Of a DNA stretch of 13,513 bases, positions 9,283-13,513 are shown piece after piece (within the stretch, counting starts at the first letter, position 1; every line of letters starts with the position of its first letter). The stretch covers positions 1 through 13,513 of the forward strand of contig NW_021826139.1 in assembly GCF_006345805.1 (NCBI RefSeq). Reading direction: 5' to 3'. Made by a program: the position numbers and the translations under genes. The notes under the pieces were generated by a model that did no database searches, was not told the DNA's origin, and was given only the letters and a program-made list of their open reading frames with translations. This DNA comes from Octopus sinensis (taxonomy: Eukaryota).

Positions 9283-9468
9283 AGAAATACCTTGTAATTT
9301 CCGAAACGATTGTGCATATTCCGATGTAGTGTCAGTCCTAAGTCAAGATGCGCGTTATTTCGGAATACCAACGTACTTCGTTTGGCTGCATATCACAAAT
9401 TCCTTACCAGCTGCAAATTTACCCTTACATGATACTACAAATAAAAACCAGTTGCTCACATTCTATGG
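9283..9468 (+). CDS. Peroxidase-like exon: (K)EIPCNFRNDCAYSDVVSVLSQDARYFGIPTYFVWLHITNSLPAANLPLHDTTNKNQLLTFY(G)
   Basis: Strong acceptor ttttcttttttcag|A and donor GG|gttagt. DVVSVLSQDARYFGIPTY aligns without gaps to MPO DLPALNMQRSRDHGLPGY. Confidence 0.88.
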
Positions 9469-9880
9469 GTTAGTGGATACTGAAGTGTCTTCATATTTGC
9501 TCCTTAACTGGTTGTATACTATTCAGAATATTGGCGATTCACTTGAAATTTGGCAGTTACAATATTTTCTTTATATTCCTTGGGAAAAATCTCTTTTAAT
9601 CTACTCTTTGTGTTTCAGCTATAACTAGGGAAGCCTAAGAATTGAATTGACAAGATTTGTTAGCCAGGGATGTTGTATCGTAAGCTCATCAGCAATTAAT
9701 TTGAAGCAAACCGATTTGGCATGAAAATTCATTAATCTATATCATCGGTACATATATATATTCATGCCAAATATACATAACCATTATTTAGTCAGTCAAC
9801 AGCACTAAAATTAGGAGTCCGATGATTCACGCTAACTACATTTTTTTTTAATGAAAACATTAAGTTTTCACTAATATATA

Positions 9881-10362
9881 CATTGTGTTTCAAAAGTCTA
9901 TGTCACATTCTAAGAACTCTTATTTCATGAAATACAAATGGTAGCATGACTGAACTGGTACCATTTAAATGTTAAAAATATGTAAAGTTTTATTCTGTTA
10001 ATTTAATTTTAACTGAATTTAATTTAATTTTGTTTATGTCTCTTTTCAGATCTTGTAACGTGATTCATAAAACAAGAGAAGTCATTTTCCATCCTAGAAA
10101 CACCCCCTCCTCCTTATATTTCACATGCCAAATCAAAATGGAACGTCTGTCTGGTGCCTGCTTCGTAAACCTTGTACGAGAATTTCGTTGAACACAAGTC
10201 CATAATTATGTTTTAGCGTATTCTAGGACGCAAAATGACACCTCTTGCTTTGTGATGACTTTGCTGGACCCGAAAAAAGACAAATAAAACAAAATGAAAT
10301 TAAATTAATTAAATTAAAATCAAATTAACAGAACTTGACACACTTGGCTTTTAAATGATACC
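9881..10362. mobile_element. Degenerate MITE/fold-back DNA element with ~140-bp inverted arms, right end truncated
   Basis: 9957-10099 is an imperfect reverse complement of 10221-10362 (ggtaccatttaaa/tttaaatgatacc, ttctgttaattt/aaattaacagaa, gtcatttt..tcctagaa/ttctagga..aaaatgac). Left end TA|CATTGTGTTTCAAAAGT resembles a Tc1/mariner terminus. No matching right terminus was found. Confidence 0.7.
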
Positions 10363-11010
10363 TCTCTACACACCTTACTAATCTCCCTCAGCCACTGAAC
10401 CAGTTAACTTATTTCCATCAAATAATGGTCATTCACATTTTCACTCCCTCAACCTTTAACTCTATAGCCTTCATACAAACTAATACAAAGTTCATTATTC
10501 ACATACTACCTAAAACACCCTTCCCTCTTTTTCCCTCCACGCATTTCTACTACAATCACTAGCTTCATTAATAACCCCTAACCCTGAAATTTATTTTTTC
10601 CTCTCTATCTCAATACCACCCCAACTCCTTTTTCTAATACACTTAGTTCTCCACAAAATCATTCCATCTTTAATCTCCTTTCTCTCAACATCTCAAATGT
10701 AATAGTTTTCCCTGAAGACGGAGGCTGGCATCATGTCTAATCACTATTTCGGACCACCAAGTCCATAGAAACTCGTGTTGGGCTCGTAAAACTCTTATTC
10801 AACTCCTTTAATTCCTGATATCATTTCTATTCTGTGTAAGTCGAACCTTTTTATGTGTAAACATTTGCACATTATTTGCATCAAATGTATCTAATGTTTT
10901 GCATATCAACTGGCTTAATCTGCATATCCTTACATTTACTCCTATACCTGCTCAAGCTTTAAATCCCCCGAACACTACGAAGTGTATTCTACACGGAGAA
11001 TATTTGTCTA
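10363..11010 (+). mobile_element. Probable Penelope-like-element pLTR-derived segment (G-poor, C/T/A-skewed) with two hammerhead-like motifs
   Basis: Abrupt switch to G-poor sequence at 10363, where the fold-back element stops. CTGAAGA..GAAACTCGTGTT at 10712-10779 and a second decayed motif at 10975-11008. Ends in (TA)n. Confidence 0.55.
10706..10782 (+). ncRNA. Minimal type I hammerhead-ribozyme-like motif
   Basis: ucc-CUGAAGA-[imperfect stem II GGAGGCUGG..CCAAGUCC]-GAAAC-UCGU-GUU-ggg. ACUCGUGU is one change from the palindrome ACUCGAGU. Stem I is only 3 bp. Confidence 0.55.
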
Positions 11011-11035
11011 TCATATATATATATATATATATAAA

Positions 11036-11342
11036 GTGGAGGCGCAATGGTTAGGGCAGCGGACTCACAGTCGTAGGATCGCGGTTTCGATTCCCAGACC
11101 GGGCGTTGTGAGTGTTTATTGAGCGAAAACACCTAAAGCTCCATGAGGCTCTGCCAGGTGGGGGGGGGGCGATCCCTGCTGTACATTTTCGCCACAAATT
11201 TCTCTCACTCCCTCTTCTGTTGGCCTGCTCGCTTAGCCAGCGGGGTGGCGTCATTTGAAGGCTAAAAACAATGCGAAGCGCATTGTGACCAGCGATGCGT
11301 AGCAACACCTGATAGCTTGGTCGATCACGGTGATCACGGTGA
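11036..11342 (+). mobile_element. tRNA-derived SINE (third family) inserted in a (TA)n tract
   Basis: Head ggaggcgcaatggttagggcagcggactc with B-box-like GGTTTCGATTCCC. The 3' end has a tandem gatcacggt x2. (TA)n lies on both sides (11013-11033, 11343-11358). Confidence 0.8.
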
Positions 11343-11584
11343 TATATATATATATATAAGATTAAGGAGTACATTAAGAGAGATTAAATGGCATGCAATA
11401 TATATTCTTGATTGAGTGGAATTATCTCCGCTTTCAGAGAGGGTAGACGACTATCACTTCGTGGCAAATAGTTGAAACATCAAATGAAAAGGAAAAGTAA
11501 TCTCAAGAATGAAGACCTCTCCAAAAGTAGTATGTCGTTAAAGAAAATACAGTGACAGTTTGATTGTTTCAAGATAAGGGGAGA

Positions 11585-11627
11585 GCTGGAGACGAGTTTC
11601 TGCATCAATTGCCTTCATCAGCATATC
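11585..11627 (-). ncRNA. Degenerate hammerhead-ribozyme-like motif
   Basis: The - strand reads CUGAUGA-A-GGC-aauugau-GCA-GAAAC-UC-GUC. Both core boxes are present, the stem II closing pair is mismatched and no stem I pairing is visible. Confidence 0.4.
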
Positions 11628-11769
11628 AACAGTAGAAACACAAGCAATATATTCAGCGCAAATACTGAAAATTTACTCCTATGACATTACAGGCATCCTG
11701 ATTTTTATCATTTCAACGATATATACCATTATAAACTTTAGTTTATCGTGCTAAGGCTTCGCTTTCAGG

Positions 11770-11791
11770 CACACACAACACACACACACAC

Positions 11792-11847
<56 letters not shown>
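11770..11847. repeat. (CA)n microsatellite with two interruptions
   Basis: Directly visible. Confidence 0.97.
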
Positions 11848-11850
<3 letters not shown>

Positions 11851-11979
11851 GGTATATAGTATTCACAAAATTATATCACACTTGAATTTTTTTGCGTTTC
11901 AGTAATTTTTTGATTTTACTCATTCCCGAATTTGATGAACATACAGCGGTACGCATGCAGACCCAAGAAAACTCTAGCT

Positions 11980-12545
11980 ACTTCCTCTCTTCACTACTAC
12001 CCACCTTCTCCCTTCATCGTTACCCCCTCCATACACACCCCACCCTACACATCCCAACTCACCACCCCAACCTACACATCCAACTCCAACATAAATACCC
12101 CTGCCTTCCACACCCTCACCCCAAATCCACATACCCACACATTACAGAAGCACGCACTTACGCGCGCACACATGCACACACGCACACATCCACACGTCTA
12201 AGTCACCACCCCCTATCCACACGCTCACACTTAAACACTCTCACATACACACGCACGCACACCTTCATTTTGTGGTCACCAATACTTTATTATCTCCCCT
12301 TCTTCCTAACTCTCATGCCTAACGACCTCTGTCGAGCCAGCCGCCATCATTGACTGCTAGCTACAAAAGCATTTTTAAAATTCTCTGTTTATTTTATCGT
12401 GTTCCTTTCTGTTGAAGAGCGTATGCTCGAAACGTAAAAAACGTTAAAAAATTTCTAACCTTCCCGAGCGTTAAACTAATACCTCTGTTTCTTGTTTATA
12501 CACTTGTCTTCGTCTTTCGTTTTTTTTTTTTTGTAAATTTCAACT
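11980..12545 (+). mobile_element. Probable Penelope-like-element pLTR-derived repeat (C/A-rich body, hammerhead-like motif, T-rich tail, then (TA)n)
   Basis: Strongly C/A-skewed 11990-12260, then ctttctgttgaagagcgtatgctcgaaacgt...cccgagcgttaaactaatac...cttcgtcttt, recognised as a common octopus interspersed repeat. The 5' boundary is approximate. Confidence 0.6.
12404..12441 (+). ncRNA. Minimal hammerhead-like motif with variant core (CUGUUGA)
   Basis: uuu-CUGUUGA-A-GAGC-guau-GCUC-GAAAC-GUA-aaa. Perfect 4-bp stem II, palindromic ACGU in place of stem III, 3-bp U-A stem I. Confidence 0.6.
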
Positions 12546-12600
12546 ATATACATATATATATATATATATATGTCTCTGTGTGTGTATATATATATTCCAG

Positions 12601-12761
12601 GAACCCTTACGACATTGGTTTCCTACCTGGAGCTTTTTCGGAAGAAATAAACGGTCCCAGTATGCTTGGAGTAACGTTAACAAAACTCTTTGAATTCCAA
12701 TTTAAGAAGCTGCAGGAAGGTGACAGATTCTATTATGAGAACGTAAATATATTTCAGCCTG
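12601..12761 (+). CDS. Peroxidase-like exon: (G)NPYDIGFLPGAFSEEINGPSMLGVTLTKLFEFQFKKLQEGDRFYYENVNIFQP
   Basis: Acceptor ttccag|G and donor CTG|gtaagt. QFKKLQEGDRFYYEN matches the family motif QFxxLRxGDRF(W/Y)YEN. Confidence 0.93.
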
Positions 12762-13119
12762 GTAAGTTGTAAATTATTTATTATTACGGCTTCATTTATT
12801 TTAATTTACTAAAGTTCAATTTCTACGACATTATTCCAATGCGTTGAACATCGGGAATTTGGAGTCCTTTAGAGAAACATGTTTCTATTCTTCAGTCTCA
12901 TGCTAATTTTATTCTACATGCAGAATTTCATCTTTTTGTAACACTTGCATCCTCCAAATATCAGTAAGCTAATTTGGAGAGGTCTTTACTGTAGACTTGA
13001 CTGATAAGGACTTCTTTTTCGTTCCGCATACTTTCAGTCATATAGATATCTACTTTTGAAATATACTTATAAAAATGTAAGATCGATAATTTAGTCAATG
13101 AAATCGTTCGCGTAATTCA

Positions 13120-13250
13120 TGGGCTATAATTAATCGAACCCAAAGAGTTAACAGGTAAAGCCACCCACACTTGACAGGTTTTAATCCGAGAAGTTCAAAG
13201 TAGATAACTAAATTCTGCAGGTTATTTAGTTTTACACTTTCCAGTCTCTT
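13120..13250 (-). mobile_element. Highly decayed Nin-type SINE remnant
   Basis: ataattaatcgaacccaaagagttaacaggtaaagc..ttttaatccgagaagt weakly parallels ttatttaatcgatcccgaaaggatgaaagacaaagt..tttgaactcagaacgt of the 8499-8897 element. Confidence 0.35.
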
Positions 13251-13513
13251 CCCTAAAATAAATATCGAAGTGAAATACGGTCCCCAAGATCATTGAAAAC
13301 TAGTAATTTTACTCATTTCCAGTTAGGCAAATTGCATTGCTAATGAACTCCCGAGATGTGTATTTTTTCTATCTTAAATGTAAACATGGAAATGATCTTA
13401 ACTTGTGACATGTATGAGCCTCATGCAACTATATTCATTTCCTTTTTTAAATACGTAAGAACTTGTTCATCAGAAATTGATATGTTTAAGACGGACATTC
13501 ATTGAACCGATGT

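Larger units (their letters stand above)
37..12761 (+). other. Multi-exon gene (partial; 5' and 3' ends outside window) for an animal heme peroxidase-like protein with degenerate active site; join(37..146,6005..6097,6391..6447,7960..8404,9283..9468,12601..12761)
   Basis: All six exons have AG/GT boundaries with matching phases (2|1,1|1,1|1,1|2,2|2,2|1). They total 1052 nt = 350 full codons with no stop. Family motifs appear in the correct order: NDPR..C, IDLSFLY, AGD..EHNRL, FEARK..QHITYNEYLP.LLG, Q.AR..GIP.Y, QFKKLQEGDRFYYEN. Confidence 0.9.

Noticed and set aside
11036-11110. Possible tRNA gene (also at 5533-5600 and 8810-8897)
   Set aside because: Pol III boxes are present but no complete cloverleaf forms, and each continues into a SINE body.
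11892-12353. His/Pro/Thr-rich ORFs (153 aa and 89 aa)
   Set aside because: By-product of C/A-skewed low-complexity repeat DNA that lacks stop codons; does not fit the exon chain.

Overview
AT-rich eukaryotic genomic DNA. The SINE repertoire points to an octopus or other coleoid cephalopod (inferred from recognised repeat families, not proven). The + strand carries six internal exons (37-146, 6005-6097, 6391-6447, 7960-8404, 9283-9468, 12601-12761). They splice with consistent phases into an uninterrupted 350-codon segment of an animal heme peroxidase (MPO/peroxidasin fold), but the heme and catalytic residues visible here are replaced, so this is a candidate pseudo-peroxidase. The first intron holds an apparently full-length ~4.6 kb CR1-clade LINE on the - strand, with a 5' UTR, ORF1 (291-bp internal duplication), APE-RT ORF2 and a (TAAC)n tail. 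Its lesions are almost all single-base losses in short runs, and its AUG-less ORF2 overlaps ORF1 in the -1 frame across two in-phase slippery heptamers. The other introns contain three tRNA-derived SINE families, two long fold-back elements, microsatellites and several degenerate minimal hammerhead-ribozyme motifs of the Penelope-like-element type.
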